The notes below the pieces were generated by a model, which saw only the letters and a list, made by a program, of their open reading frames with translations, ran no database searches and was not told the DNA's origin. From an uncultured Rivularia sp. (GTDB taxonomy: Bacteria; Cyanobacteriota; Cyanobacteriia; Cyanobacteriales; Nostocaceae), in NCBI GenBank assembly GCA_963665115.1, contig OY762007.1:4192001-4256000 (forward strand): DNA of 64,000 nucleotides. Reading direction: 5' to 3'. Shown piece after piece: positions 20,895-33,019 of the stretch. The position numbers and the translations under genes are program-made. Numbering within the stretch: the stretch's first letter is position 1; the number at the start of each line of letters is the position of its first letter.

Positions 20895-21395
20895 AAAAGT
20901 TTCATCGGACTCTATGCTTTGTTCAACCATCGCCTTAATTTGTTCAAATACAACATCGGCAGAATGCTTTACAGCATGACTCAACTCCCAACCAAAATCA
21001 AGATTTGCTGCTTCAATTAAATAGACTGTGACAACAAGGGGAAAATCGTCTTTAAAGATTTTTTTTCCAGCAGCGATTGCATTATCCCAACGAAAATCAT
21101 GTAAATTGTAACTGGCTTCTGGTAGAGCTTCTAATTCTTTCCCTGGAACTTTAAATACAGCACCTGGTTCGGAATTAGTCGAACTCGCATCAATAATTAT
21201 TAGGTGTTTGCTACCTCTTGCTTTAAACATAACTTCCATCCCTGCGGTTCCGCAGTCATAAACTTTCACATGGGGATGAGGATATGTGGCGAGATACTGC
21301 TGTAGGCGTTGGGCTATAATTACGCCTACGGCATCATCATTGCGGTTAAGGCTTCCACAACCAATAATTGTGAGGTTTTTTCGATCGCTGGTCAT
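20886..21395 (-). CDS. hupW: Uptake hydrogenase maturation protease
   Basis: IIGCGSLNRNDDAVG, DCGTAG, IIIDA and LHDFRWD; downstream of hupL. Confidence 0.92.
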   Translation of the reverse strand: MTSDRKNLTIIGCGSLNRNDDAVGVIIAQRLQQYLATYPHPHVKVYDCGTAGMEVMFKARGSKHLIIIDASSTNSEPGAVFKVPGKELEALPEASYNLHDFRWDNAIAAGKKIFKDDFPLVVTVYLIEAANLDFGWELSHAVKHSADVVFEQIKAMVEQSIESDETFSS

Positions 21396-21959
21396 CTACA
21401 ATTATTATTTCCAAATCTCATCGTTCCGATCGGTAAATTCTTCGCCGTTAGAATAATAAGCGAACATATAGACTAATAGCGTGACAAAACAGGTTTACGC
21501 GCAAGATAGCCAGATTTACACAGAATCAAACAAAGAACACTTAAGAAGCAAAATTTCGTCTTCTCAGATATTTTCTTTGTTTTCCTATTCTACATACTTT
21601 TTGGAAAATATTTTTTTATTTTGAAATAAAAATAGAATAATAATATTTTGTTAATATTTCGATTATCATCTATGGAGATATTCTTTTGTATGCAGATTTA
21701 CAAAATGGAATTGGAATTGGGGATTGGGAAGCGGTTTGCCCCGGAAACATTGTAGAGACCCGATATATCACCTCTCTACATTATGGATATGACATCAAAT
21801 CCGGTCGATTGCTTACTGTATAGCCTTTCTTCCAAAAAATTTGTTGTTCCCATTACCAATTACCAATTACCGATTAAGCTACCCTAATGGTGTGTTGTTC
21901 TAACAAAGCATTAGCGCGGGGCTTGTAAAGCAGGTGGAATGAAGATAGGACGCTTGCTA

Positions 21960-23344
21960 ATGTCCGATAATTTCTTGTTCGGTGCTGCTAACAACCAAAT
22001 TAGCAGAATTCATTTCAATTAGATCGGCTGTGAATTGAAATGAGAAATGGTATTGCTTTTTAAGGTCTTCCCGGTTGAGGTCGCTGAAAACACTAAGTTT
22101 CCGTCAGTATAGTTACCAATAACTAAATCTGGCTTTCCCTGAAATTCTGTTAATAATTCCCGTTCGGAATCAATAGCAAAGCGAGAAATCCAGTTTTGGG
22201 TGATTTCTGGTTGAGATTCGCGGAAGGGAACTCGTAAAATCCAGCAATTTTTACTGCCGTATATTTTCTCTAACCGTCGTTCGCGAAGCGTTTCCGAAGG
22301 AAAATCGCAACTGATATCTTCACTATTAGGAATCAAACGTGTAAGTACAATTATTTTTGGTTCGATTGCACCAAGTACATCAAGTCCACCAAGTTTGGCA
22401 TTTTCCTCAATCTGTTTTTCTAATTGCTTTACCCGATCGAGGATGCAAACAACTTGCCCGCCAGTATCAGGTCTTCCCAAAACACCTTCTTGTCCGAACC
22501 ATCCGTGAGGGGAAGTTACCAAAACTTTCAAAATCAACGGAATTCGAGCCATGAATTTTTCTAATATTTCATGGTCGGCTGAATCAATTAATTGGTCTAA
22601 CAATAAAAAGGTTTCTCTAGCTCGAAGAGCGGTATTTCCCCAACCAGGTTCAAAACCAAAACTCCGCAATTCAAAGCGAAAGTTTTCATGAGAAGTGCGA
22701 TCGGGATATTTGTCTAAAAGGTCAATTACTCGTTTTACCTTTTCAGATAGCTGAGATTTACTCTTGATACGTTCGTTAATTAATAACTGTTGACGGTTAT
22801 ATTTATGCAGCTTCAAAAAGTTGAACAAAGCTTCTTGCCAAGCACCGCAGTTGTCATCAAACAATTTACTGGATAAATAGCGATTAAGATAATCAACTCC
22901 ATTACCAATTTTTTTCGAGTCACGGACACTGGGAGAGACATCATAAAAAGACTGAAAGTCAATTGTCAATACCTCCTTGTCTTGAGAATGGTTAGAATCA
23001 ACCAGTTTATCTCGTAAATTTAGTAACTCTTGAATATTTATAGGTTCTAATGTCATATCATCCAGCAGACGATAAGCTTCTTGAGTCGCGATTTTAGGAC
23101 GAATAACTAAATAAAGACTTTCTTTGTCTAAAATAATTTCTTGAGTTGAATAAATTAACTTACCCAATTCTGAACTACGGTATAAATCCTTATTATCTTC
23201 GTTAATATCGCAATATTTGTAAAAAGCAATTAAAACGTCGTTACGGAGTAGATAACGCTTCTCGGATTGACGCAACAACTTAGCAAATTCACGCAAATTA
23301 TTTTTTTCGTGGCTGTCTAGTACGTTTTGAATTAAATTAAACAT
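21960..23344 (-). pseudogene. Truncated, degenerate sucrose synthase
   Basis: IGNGVDYLNRYLSS, GFEPGWG and HGWFGQEGVLGRPDTGGQV. Internal deletions are present. An out-of-frame remnant YHFSFQFTADLIEMN..SSTEQEIIG precedes a stop, and the C-terminal GT-B domain is absent. Confidence 0.8.
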
Positions 23345-23989
23345 TTTTATTTACTCCCTGTAAATCAATAGATGAAATTTTCGTTTGAGATAGAACAAGT
23401 AGATACAGCGAAGCTAAAGCCGATAGCTCATAAGCATTAACACCTAAGCCAACGCTATTAACAATAAGCATTGACGAAATTTATATTTATCTTCTTGGAA
23501 AGAATTATTCTTGTTTCAAGAAGCGCAAATTCTGTTAATTTTCTACTCAGCCAGAGAATAAACTATGTGACTTGAATAGATTCAAAGAGAACAAACTAAA
23601 TGTGATGATTTCTTCATTTGTTGTAACTGACTTCAGCGTAAATAGTCAATGGTTTAATAAAACTTTAGACATTTACTTATAGTAGTTCTACCAACAGCAT
23701 TATAGATGAGAATCACCGTTTTGAGACGATAGTGGACTCACAAAAAAATATACTGTAAATGCTTTGGGAGCAAGGCTTTCGCTATGCTAAGTCTATAAAT
23801 ATACTAGTTTAACTAATATATATTATCGATTGATTAACACAAATGAATCAATACATACAGCTGTAGAAATTAACTAATTATATTTTATGAATTTTTATTA
23901 ATTAGTTGAAGATACTGATTTTATTAGAAAAACCCGATTTTGTATGCCAAAACCGGGTTGATAATTCTTTTAATAGAGAATTACTGTAT

Positions 23990-24418
23990 TTATACCGACA
24001 ATTTAACGTTATGTTCTTGAGCAATTTGAGAAAGCTTTTCAAACTGCTGCTCGGAAGCCTTAGCGATCAACTCTTCCGCTTGTGTTTCGTCGGTTCCTTC
24101 AGAAGGAAACAAATGCTTTACGTAAAGCGAAACAAAATCAACCATTGCTGGTAGATCGGGTAAAGAATGGTTATCAGCTTGCTTTCCAGCAAATGTCGCT
24201 ACCAATCCAGTTCTGATATCCTTTCTTGTCGTATCCATAAATTGACCAACAAGTTCCGGAATATAGTCTGCTGTTGGTAATTCTCCTAACTTTGTTTCAT
24301 TAGGAGTAAATTCGTATCCTGCTTCCCTAGCTTGTTGAGTAACGCACCACTGAGTAAACTCTTGGAGTGCTTCTTCAGGAAGATTGGCCAGATGTTCGTG
24401 TAATGCTTTGTTCGACAT
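23990..24418 (-). CDS. Hypothetical protein downstream of hupL
   Basis: 142-aa ORF with protein-like composition. Confidence 0.65.
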   Translation of the reverse strand: MSNKALHEHLANLPEEALQEFTQWCVTQQAREAGYEFTPNETKLGELPTADYIPELVGQFMDTTRKDIRTGLVATFAGKQADNHSLPDLPAMVDFVSLYVKHLFPSEGTDETQAEELIAKASEQQFEKLSQIAQEHNVKLSV

Positions 24419-24442
24419 AGTTAGTTTTTGTATGAATTGAAT

Positions 24443-24582
24443 TTGGGGATTGGGGATTGGGGATTGGGGATTGGGGATTGGGGATTGGGAATTTGGGGAT
24501 TGGGGATTGGGGATTGAAGATTGGGGATTGGGGATTGGGAATTGGGGATTGGTAATCGGGGATTGGGGATTGGGGATTGGTA
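24443..24582. repeat. Long STRR array (GGGGATT/CCCCAAT)
   Basis: Roughly 18-19 tandem heptamers. Confidence 0.92.
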
Positions 24583-24674
24583 ATTGAAGATTAAGGATTG
24601 AGAATTAAGGATAGGGAGCAAGATGCTCCCACTACTCTCTATATCTCCCATGCCCAATGCCCTATGCCCAATCT

Positions 24675-25777
<1,103 letters not shown>

Positions 25778-26030
25778 AACGGGCGATTTGCTCAGAATGT
25801 TCGTAAATAACTTATTGATAAGGCTTTGATGATATTCGCTAACAGTTTTTTTCGAGCGTTTGAGCTTATAAATAAGGGAATATTTAGGGAAAAACATTAT
25901 GCCCTTCCGCCAGGAGAGGAGTGCCCGAAGGCGGGGTGAGGTTTCTATTTCATCTACCTATACAAAGAATCGTTTACCAATACATTTGCGAATTTGTACC
26001 ACTAAACACCACAGACGGTAGCTATAGGGA

Positions 26031-27347
26031 ATGGCGAAAACCAAAGCGACGGAATTAGATTATCAAGAAATTTTTAAGCAAAAGTTAGCTGAAGCAAATT
26101 CTAATTTAAAAAGAGATAGAGTTAGAGTTACCATCAAACAAACGGGGAATTCTCTACAGTTACGGGCAACACTACCGTTGAAAGAAGGCGATCGCCAATC
26201 TACTAAAAGTAAAAAGCAGTACGATTTATCTTTGGGTATTCCAGCAAATTTAGAAGGATTAAAAACCGCCATTGAAGAAAGTTACGAGTTGGGTAAATTA
26301 ATCGCTCGTCATACTTTTGTATGGAATGAAAAGTATTTAGGAATCAAGTTTAGAGAAAAGAATCAAGAGAAGCAGAAGATAAAAACTATTGGAGAATTAT
26401 TAGATAAATTCGAGGATAATTATTATAAAAATCGTGAAAAGACTATAACTAGTCAAAATACCTTTGCTAATTATGTATCGGTGATTAAAAGGAATTTTTC
26501 ATTAACAACTTTAGCAACAAAGAATAATTTTGAATCGGTAATTAATCAAACAAAAGGAAATAAGAAAAACGAACTGATTGCGGTATCTTCCGTTTTTCTC
26601 AAAACATTTAAGCTGGAATTCACCCTCGATGTCAAGCGCGATCGCGTTACTCCTAAATTTCGAGAAATTCCCGAAGACGAGAAAATCATTCATTCTTATA
26701 AACTATTTGAGAAATTTGCCCTTAATCGTAAAAATACCAATATCTGCGATGTAACCGAAACCTGGGAAATGTGGCGCTGGGTATATGGAATGCTAGCAAC
26801 CTTTGGATTACGCCCCAGAGAGTTATTTGTAAAACCAGATATTAACTGGTGGATATCCGAGCAAAATACAGATAATACCTGGAAAGTTGATAAAAATACC
26901 AAAACCGGATACCGCGAAGTTATCCCTTTCGTTCCCGAATGGATAGAATTATTCGATTTAAAAAATCTCCAAGCTTTAAAAATATTAGACAAGAAAGTTG
27001 CAAAAATAGCATCTGTGCAAAATATTAATTGGATGCGGAGAGATATATCGAGATGGTTTAGAAAAATAGGAATTGAATTTCAACCCTACGACTTACGTCA
27101 TGCTTGCGCGATTCGTTCTCATTTACAGGGAATACCCATCAAAGCCGCAGCAGATAACTTAGGTCATACAGTTGACGAACATACGAAAACTTATCAGCGC
27201 TGGTTCGGGATGGAGAATCGTAAAAAAGCTTTTGGTGAAGTAGTTAGTCAGAAGTCGCTGATTGAATTGCAGAAAAATGAAATATTGGCGTTGCGGATGG
27301 AGAATGAAAAGTTGAGGTTGGAGGTTGAGAGGTTGAGGTTTGGATGA
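26031..27347 (+). CDS. xisC: XisC-type tyrosine recombinase; true start probably upstream (one G missing at 26027-26029)
   Basis: FGLRPRE, YDLRHACAIR and HTKTYQRWF. An upstream frame reads EFVPLNTTDGSYR, matching the TDGSY N-terminal motif of the paralogs. Confidence 0.9.
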   Translation: MAKTKATELDYQEIFKQKLAEANSNLKRDRVRVTIKQTGNSLQLRATLPLKEGDRQSTKSKKQYDLSLGIPANLEGLKTAIEESYELGKLIARHTFVWNEKYLGIKFREKNQEKQKIKTIGELLDKFEDNYYKNREKTITSQNTFANYVSVIKRNFSLTTLATKNNFESVINQTKGNKKNELIAVSSVFLKTFKLEFTLDVKRDRVTPKFREIPEDEKIIHSYKLFEKFALNRKNTNICDVTETWEMWRWVYGMLATFGLRPRELFVKPDINWWISEQNTDNTWKVDKNTKTGYREVIPFVPEWIELFDLKNLQALKILDKKVAKIASVQNINWMRRDISRWFRKIGIEFQPYDLRHACAIRSHLQGIPIKAAADNLGHTVDEHTKTYQRWFGMENRKKAFGEVVSQKSLIELQKNEILALRMENEKLRLEVERLRFG

Positions 27348-27512
27348 ATTAGTGGGTAAAGAAATTACCCACCAGATTTTCAGGGTTCTAATAGGTAATA
27401 ATGCGTTGGGTGTAGAGACGTAGCAGTGCTACGTCTCCTGACGTTTGAAAGAAGACAAACCACTTAAAATTAATGCAATCGACTAATAGTCTCAGTTAGT
27501 TTTTGGATTAAG

Positions 27513-28178
27513 CTAAACCGTTTCTGAAACTTGAGCGCTCAAAGTTTCGAGATTGATTCCGTAACGCTCAAACAAGTTACTCACAATAGTCTTATCAGTA
27601 TCAGCCAATCGGACTAAACCCCATAAAATATGTTCCGTCCCTATCGACTTTTTACTCTGAAGCCGAACAACCTGCAAAGCAAGCTCTAGAATAAACTTGC
27701 TCTGTGGATCGAGTTTCAAATTCTCGCCGGATTCAAAAGAATGTTCGTCAGTTGCAATATCTGATGTCGCGCCATTGGCTCGCAGTAATTGAGCCGAAGC
27801 TGTAGTTGGATCGGCTAATAATCCAGCTAGCAAATGTTCTGGCTTAACTTGCGAGTCCTCCAACTGTACTGCTTGATTTTGAGCAAACTTGATTGCATTA
27901 ATTGCCTTTTCTGTGAACCGCTCGAAACCAAAATCCAAACCAAAAAAATTTTTAACTCGTTCAATTAGTGTCTGCATAGAATTCTTTGCCTCATAAATAA
28001 AAACGTCTTCGATCGCGACATTAAACAAGCTGGCAATTTTAAAAGCCATTTCTAAACTGGGGTCAAACTTACCAGATTCAAATCCATTTACTGCTTGACG
28101 ACTTACTCCTAATTCTCTTGCCAGATCGGATTGCGATCGTTGGTGCAGTTGCCGAAGTTCCTTCAGTCGGTTTTTCAT
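27513..28178 (-). CDS. XRE-family HTH regulator fused to a Clp N-terminal repeat domain
   Basis: NRLKELR..SQSDLARELGVSRQ..PSLEMAFKIA, then FERFTEKA..PEHLLAGL..IGTEHILWGL. Confidence 0.88.
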   Translation of the reverse strand: MKNRLKELRQLHQRSQSDLARELGVSRQAVNGFESGKFDPSLEMAFKIASLFNVAIEDVFIYEAKNSMQTLIERVKNFFGLDFGFERFTEKAINAIKFAQNQAVQLEDSQVKPEHLLAGLLADPTTASAQLLRANGATSDIATDEHSFESGENLKLDPQSKFILELALQVVRLQSKKSIGTEHILWGLVRLADTDKTIVSNLFERYGINLETLSAQVSETV

Positions 28179-28195
28179 GGTTTTGCCCGTCCGCT

Positions 28196-28247
28196 GTCAA
28201 GTCATACTTTACAACTTTGTAAAACTAAATGTCAAGTATCACTTGAC
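28196..28247. promoter_or_regulatory. Paired palindromic operators upstream of the XRE-ClpN gene
   Basis: GTCAAGTCATACTTTAC at 28196-28212 and GTCAAGTATCACTTGAC at 28231-28247. Confidence 0.6.
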
Positions 28248-28380
28248 GTATGATTTGGATGCCGTTGCTGAAGGTGCTTTTTCAAAGGCAGTAAAATAAA
28301 AACCAGTATAATTTTTGCCCCCTTATAAAATTAAGACTTGACAATGAAAGTTGGTCATGGTTTTATTTACTCATGCAAAC

Positions 28381-28621
28381 GAATATCAACTCTAGATGTT
28401 CGTCTCAAGCGCACTATCTCTACTTTTTAGATTGATGCGTATTTAATATCTTGGTTTAGCGTTTATCCTAAATGAAAGATTTCATTTAAGGTAAATACTA
28501 GTTCAAAATATTGGCTATTCAATAGTTTAAAGCTTAGAAATAGTGCGCTTGAGACGGTTATCTATAGTTGGCAAGTATTTCCCTTGATAGCGGAGATACT
28601 TGCCAACTATGCCTGATATTC
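28381..28621 (+). ncRNA. Candidate structured RNA or leader (about 185-nt hairpin plus 19-bp hairpin)
   Basis: 17-bp perfect inverted repeat 28401-28417/28540-28556 inside a longer imperfect stem. Second stem 28564-28582/28592-28610. TTGACA at 28338. Confidence 0.55.
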
Positions 28622-28637
28622 CAATGCTATTAACGTA

Positions 28638-29123
28638 TTGGAAAAAAGGTTAAATTTGGAAATGGAATCTGAAGATATTTTATATGTTGAGCAGCGTTTA
28701 GATTATACCTTCAAAAATAAGGATTTACTCGTTCGGGCGCTAACTCGTAAAGCATTTGCACTAGAACAAATGCAACAGGGTAAAAATTGTAAAGATCAAG
28801 AAATTTACCGAATTCTTGGAGATGCTGTTTTAAAGGCAATCTTAGTTGAGATGCTGATTGAGAACGGTTTTGATAGCCGCAAGTCCATTACAAATGAGAA
28901 GATTGCTCTAGAAAAACGAGAAAATTTGGCAAAGATGTTTCAAGAGATTGGAATTGCATCATTTATTCGCTTGGGAAAAGGAGAGAAAAACCAAGAAATT
29001 TTTAAGCAATCTTCGGTTTTAGGAGAAACATTTGAAGCATTAGTTGCAGCAGTTCATGTTGATACCCAAAGCTATGAAACAACCAAAGGATTATTTATTA
29101 ATCTATTTCACAAAGCAGCATAA
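28638..29123 (+). CDS. Stand-alone RNase III catalytic domain (no dsRBD, divergent signature)
   Basis: LDYTFKNKDLLVRALTR, EIYRILGDAVL and LGETFEALVAAV. Confidence 0.85.
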   Translation: MEKRLNLEMESEDILYVEQRLDYTFKNKDLLVRALTRKAFALEQMQQGKNCKDQEIYRILGDAVLKAILVEMLIENGFDSRKSITNEKIALEKRENLAKMFQEIGIASFIRLGKGEKNQEIFKQSSVLGETFEALVAAVHVDTQSYETTKGLFINLFHKAA

Positions 29124-29369
29124 CAAGCTTGGTGCAATGGACTGACTCAGAACGTTAAGTCTTTTTTACAAGTGCGATCGCCTTCAAGGCAACGAAGGCG
29201 ATCGCATACAAGTAATTATCAGTAAAAAAATATTAATTGCGTCCTGAATCATCTGGTAATAATACGTACAATTTGGTAGAGAACATCTAATCAAATTTGT
29301 TCTTCCGTAAATTGTATTAGATCGACGTGTAGAAAATTTCTGTAAGCTGCCTGCGTAAAATAGATAATT

Positions 29370-30939
29370 ATGAAACTGTTAAAATTTTTATTTACTGTCC
29401 TCTGGGGTTTAGGCTACCTGGGGAATGCAATTTTATTTATCTCGATTGAATGGAGTTTTTTACAGCAAAGCTTTATTCAAATATTTAATCCACTTTTACA
29501 TTTACAAGTTTTTGGGATATTACTTACTGCTCACCTTTTTTGGGTATTTCTGACTATGGCAGTAGTGGGTTTCTTATGCTGTAAGTGTTATTGAAAGGCA
29601 TCAAGAGAGAACTGCCCAAAAAGCCGAATTTCATGCTAAAAAAACTGTATATCAATCACCTCAACGATTTCAAGAAACAAAACCCAGCACTTCATTACCT
29701 TCTCTAGGAAACGAGCAGACTGACTCATCTGTACCTCCAGAAACATTCTCGAAACCAGCAAGTAAAGTAGAAACTGAGTTAGTTTCTGAGCAAGTTAAAT
29801 TACTGGAATGGGCAATTCAAAGCAGTCAAAAAGTACAATTTATTTACGAAACACAACATGGTGAGAAGAGCGATCGCACCGTCACCCCGATTTCGTTTAA
29901 AACAGTTAAGCAAACTCAAAATCTATGCTTGGAAGGCTATTGTTATCTGAGAAATGCGAAAAGAAACTTCGCGATTAAGCGTATGCGGGATATCAAGATT
30001 ATTTCTGCAAGTCAAGCAAACTATGAAAAGGTGACTTCCCAAGAGGTAATAACACCACCCGAATTTGAGGTGAAAATAAGTCGTGCATCACAATCTCCGT
30101 CTCCTGAAGTTGCTCAAAAAAATAATTATCAACAGGTAACTTCTGATGAGGTGATAATACCACCTAATGTTGATGTCGAGGTGAAAGCAAGTCCTACATT
30201 ACAATCTCCGTTACCTCAAGTTTCCCAAACAAAGAATTATAATCGGGTGACTTCTGATGAGGTGATAACAACACCTAATGTTGATATCGAAGTGAAAGCA
30301 AGTCCTACATTACAGTATCCGTTACCTCAAGTTTCCCAAACAAAGAATACAAACAATCAAGTTAAGCAACGTTCTTATCTAAAATACCGTACTAATGAGC
30401 TTGAAACAATCGTTGATTCAAAATGGGATAATACAGAAGTTTTGAAGCAGATTCATTACGAGTTAGAGTTTCGTTCTCGAAAGAAAGCCCTCGCACTGCG
30501 TAAACGTATCGCAACCAGATTAATTCAATTGCAGGAAACAGAAACACAATTTAAATGGTCAAAAACAACAGCAAATCCTGGTTCGCAAAACTTATCAAAT
30601 GATGTTTTTAAATATGAGCAAGGGCTACTCAAATATTATGGATACAAAGTTGGTAGGAGTGGTTTATCACACAGAGAACGTTGGGAAATTCTCGATCGAG
30701 TCTTTTCGCAACCTTTATTAGAAATAGATAACGCTGCTTATTTAAATGAATGGGGTGAACCTAAAAGCGCTAAAAGATTGCAAAAAATTGTTGACTCTAT
30801 TGCTGCATTTACCCGCAATGCCAAAAGACGCAACAGACGTAGTTTTAGTAAAGCAATTCAAGATTGGGAAACTGATTTAGCGTATTTGAAGAGGAATTAT
30901 TACGATAATCGCTTTTCATTCGGATATCCGCGTACTTAG
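29370..30939 (+). CDS. Membrane-anchored WYL-domain protein with internal repeats (+1 frameshift at 29567-29569)
   Basis: Removing one G joins TM ORF 29370 to an open frame containing LEWAIQSSQKVQFIY..SDRTVTP..LEGYCYLRNAKRNFAIKRM. About three ~37-aa repeats (VTSDEVI..ASPTLQ). Confidence 0.75.
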
Positions 30940-31183
30940 TAAACAGCGTTCAATAATCAATTTGCACTACAATATCCAATTTCATTTGTAATTATAAAAA
31001 CTAAAATAATCAATTTTCCGTATTTATATAGAGAAAAGCTTAGCTTTTTCTTTTTTGCTAAAGAAAATTAATATACATCGCTTAAAAATTACCAACCCCA
31101 GACAAATTGGGTTATGATTTTGATTTATAAAAAAGCTTTTAATTAAAGCAATCTGCTGTATATGTTGATTATCAAGGTTTATC

Positions 31184-32005
31184 ATGAAATCTTCAGAGCT
31201 ATTAAAACGTTACGAGCAAGGTGAAAGGAACTTCTCAAAGCTTAATCTGGGCAGATTTATGCTTTATGAAGCCGATTTGAAAGGAATTAATTTTTCAGGT
31301 GCGAATCTTAGTTATGCAAACCTGGCTGGCTCAGACTTAAGCAATGCTGATTTATCAGGAGCTAATTTATGCGAGGCTAATTTGTGTGGTACCAACTTAG
31401 AAAATGCAAATTGCCAAGGTGCTAACTTCAGAAATGCGGAATTAACCTCTGAATATCATGGCATTAATACAAACTATTCCTACGCCGATTTTAGGGGAGA
31501 TGGATTAGATCAAGGCATAATCGAAAAATCAAATTTTACAGGTGCTAGTTTTATTGGTTCTTTTATATCACAGTATTCCTTTATAGATTGTGATTTCACT
31601 GCTGCTAATTTTAGTAATTCTCATTTAAGCGAAGTCAGTTTTGATAATTGTAATTTAACTAATGTAGATTTTTCGAGTGCTTCTTTAGGTTTCGGTTTTA
31701 GAAACTCGATACTAAATAACGTTTCTTTTAAAAAAGCTACTTTTGATATTTGCAACCCAAGATATTGTGATGAAATTGAAAAATGGAGCAATGTTGATTT
31801 TACCAGAACGGTTTTTTATTTTGGTCGTTATTCTAGTATTACAATTCCCAGAAGCGTTGACGCATCTCAAGTAATTGTAATCCGTGAGGGTTCAGATTTG
31901 AGTGGTTTAGATTTAAGCGAATGCAATCTGGAATATTTAGATTTGTCAGGAGTTAACTTAACGAATACAAATTTAACTAGAGCCAAATTACCGGAAGACT
32001 CCTGA
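31184..32005 (+). CDS. Pentapeptide repeat protein
   Basis: ELLKRYEQGERNF start and A(D/N)LSG repeats. Confidence 0.92.
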   Translation: MKSSELLKRYEQGERNFSKLNLGRFMLYEADLKGINFSGANLSYANLAGSDLSNADLSGANLCEANLCGTNLENANCQGANFRNAELTSEYHGINTNYSYADFRGDGLDQGIIEKSNFTGASFIGSFISQYSFIDCDFTAANFSNSHLSEVSFDNCNLTNVDFSSASLGFGFRNSILNNVSFKKATFDICNPRYCDEIEKWSNVDFTRTVFYFGRYSSITIPRSVDASQVIVIREGSDLSGLDLSECNLEYLDLSGVNLTNTNLTRAKLPEDS

Positions 32006-32122
32006 TTATTCTATGAACGTGATTTGTGGTAATACGATTCTTCCCTACGGTAGTATTTACAGTAATGTTGATTGATATATCAAAACTTGAAAAACTAGAT
32101 ATTAAAACTACCGCTAAAACCA

Positions 32123-32854
32123 ATGCCAACATTAATTCTAACTCCACGTTACAGCGAAGATTCTCAAATTCTGTGGCGGGTGGCTACTGGTTTGGGATGG
32201 GAAGTAGAAAGATTGGTAAATTGGCGATTATCCGATAAACTCATGTCAGCTTCCGAACCAGTTTTGTATCTGGAAGCTTTGATGGCTGAAGCTATTGCTC
32301 AACAACTTAAAATCCGTTTACTTAATCCATCAGATGACTGGTTAACTACTCTTCCTGAAGAATATCGAAAACGCCCTCATTATCTTACTACTCTGGGAAA
32401 AATTCGGTTAACGCCAATTACTGCTTTTATCAAACCACCGAATGATAAAAGTTTCCCGGCTCGCGTTTATTCTGCTACAGATTTACCAACTGACTACCCA
32501 GGTAATATGTCTGTATTAGTATCTGAGATTGTGGAATGGGATAAGGAATTTCGCTGTTTTATCTTAAATCGTTGCTTGAAAACTTTTTCTGTTTATCTTA
32601 GAGAAGGAAAATTGCAGTCGGAGAACAATTTTATTCATACTAGGGAAGAAGAATTTGAAGTTCGGAATTTTATTCATACTATATTATCTGATAACAGAGT
32701 AGAAATTCCCTCGGCGACAGTAATTGATGTAGGTATGATAAAAGGACGAGGTTGGGCTGTTGTTGAGCAAAATGCAGCTTGGGGAGCAGGTTTATACGGC
32801 TGCAATCCGATTCAAGTTTTGGAGGTACTTCGGCATACTGTTATCGAATTATAG
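32123..32854 (+). CDS. ATP-grasp domain protein (DUF4343-like)
   Basis: FIKPPNDKSF, EFRCFI and VIDVG..GWAVVEQNAAWGAGLYGC. Confidence 0.75.
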   Translation: MPTLILTPRYSEDSQILWRVATGLGWEVERLVNWRLSDKLMSASEPVLYLEALMAEAIAQQLKIRLLNPSDDWLTTLPEEYRKRPHYLTTLGKIRLTPITAFIKPPNDKSFPARVYSATDLPTDYPGNMSVLVSEIVEWDKEFRCFILNRCLKTFSVYLREGKLQSENNFIHTREEEFEVRNFIHTILSDNRVEIPSATVIDVGMIKGRGWAVVEQNAAWGAGLYGCNPIQVLEVLRHTVIEL

Positions 32855-33019
32855 TAGGTAGCTATCAAAACATAAATAATCTCATTTCAGTATTTATATA
32901 GAGAAAAACCCGGCTTTTTATTTCTATATAGAGAAAATAAATATACGTCACTCAGTAATTATTATTGAAATATAATTCTATAGACTTCTAACTCAAAGCC
33001 TCGTTGAGGAATATCCAAA

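Noticed and set aside
24421..24657. PIPNPQS-repeat ORF, or a possible CRISPR array
   Set aside because: Translation of a 7-bp STRR array; there are no spacers and no cas genes.
25901..25941. GC-rich patch upstream of xisC as a regulatory site
   Set aside because: Looks like a common cyanobacterial small dispersed repeat (ggagaggagtgcccgaaggcggggtgagg).
28381..28621. Retron msr-msd resemblance (outer inverted repeat enclosing a long hairpin)
   Set aside because: No reverse transcriptase in the element or window; kept only as a structured RNA candidate.
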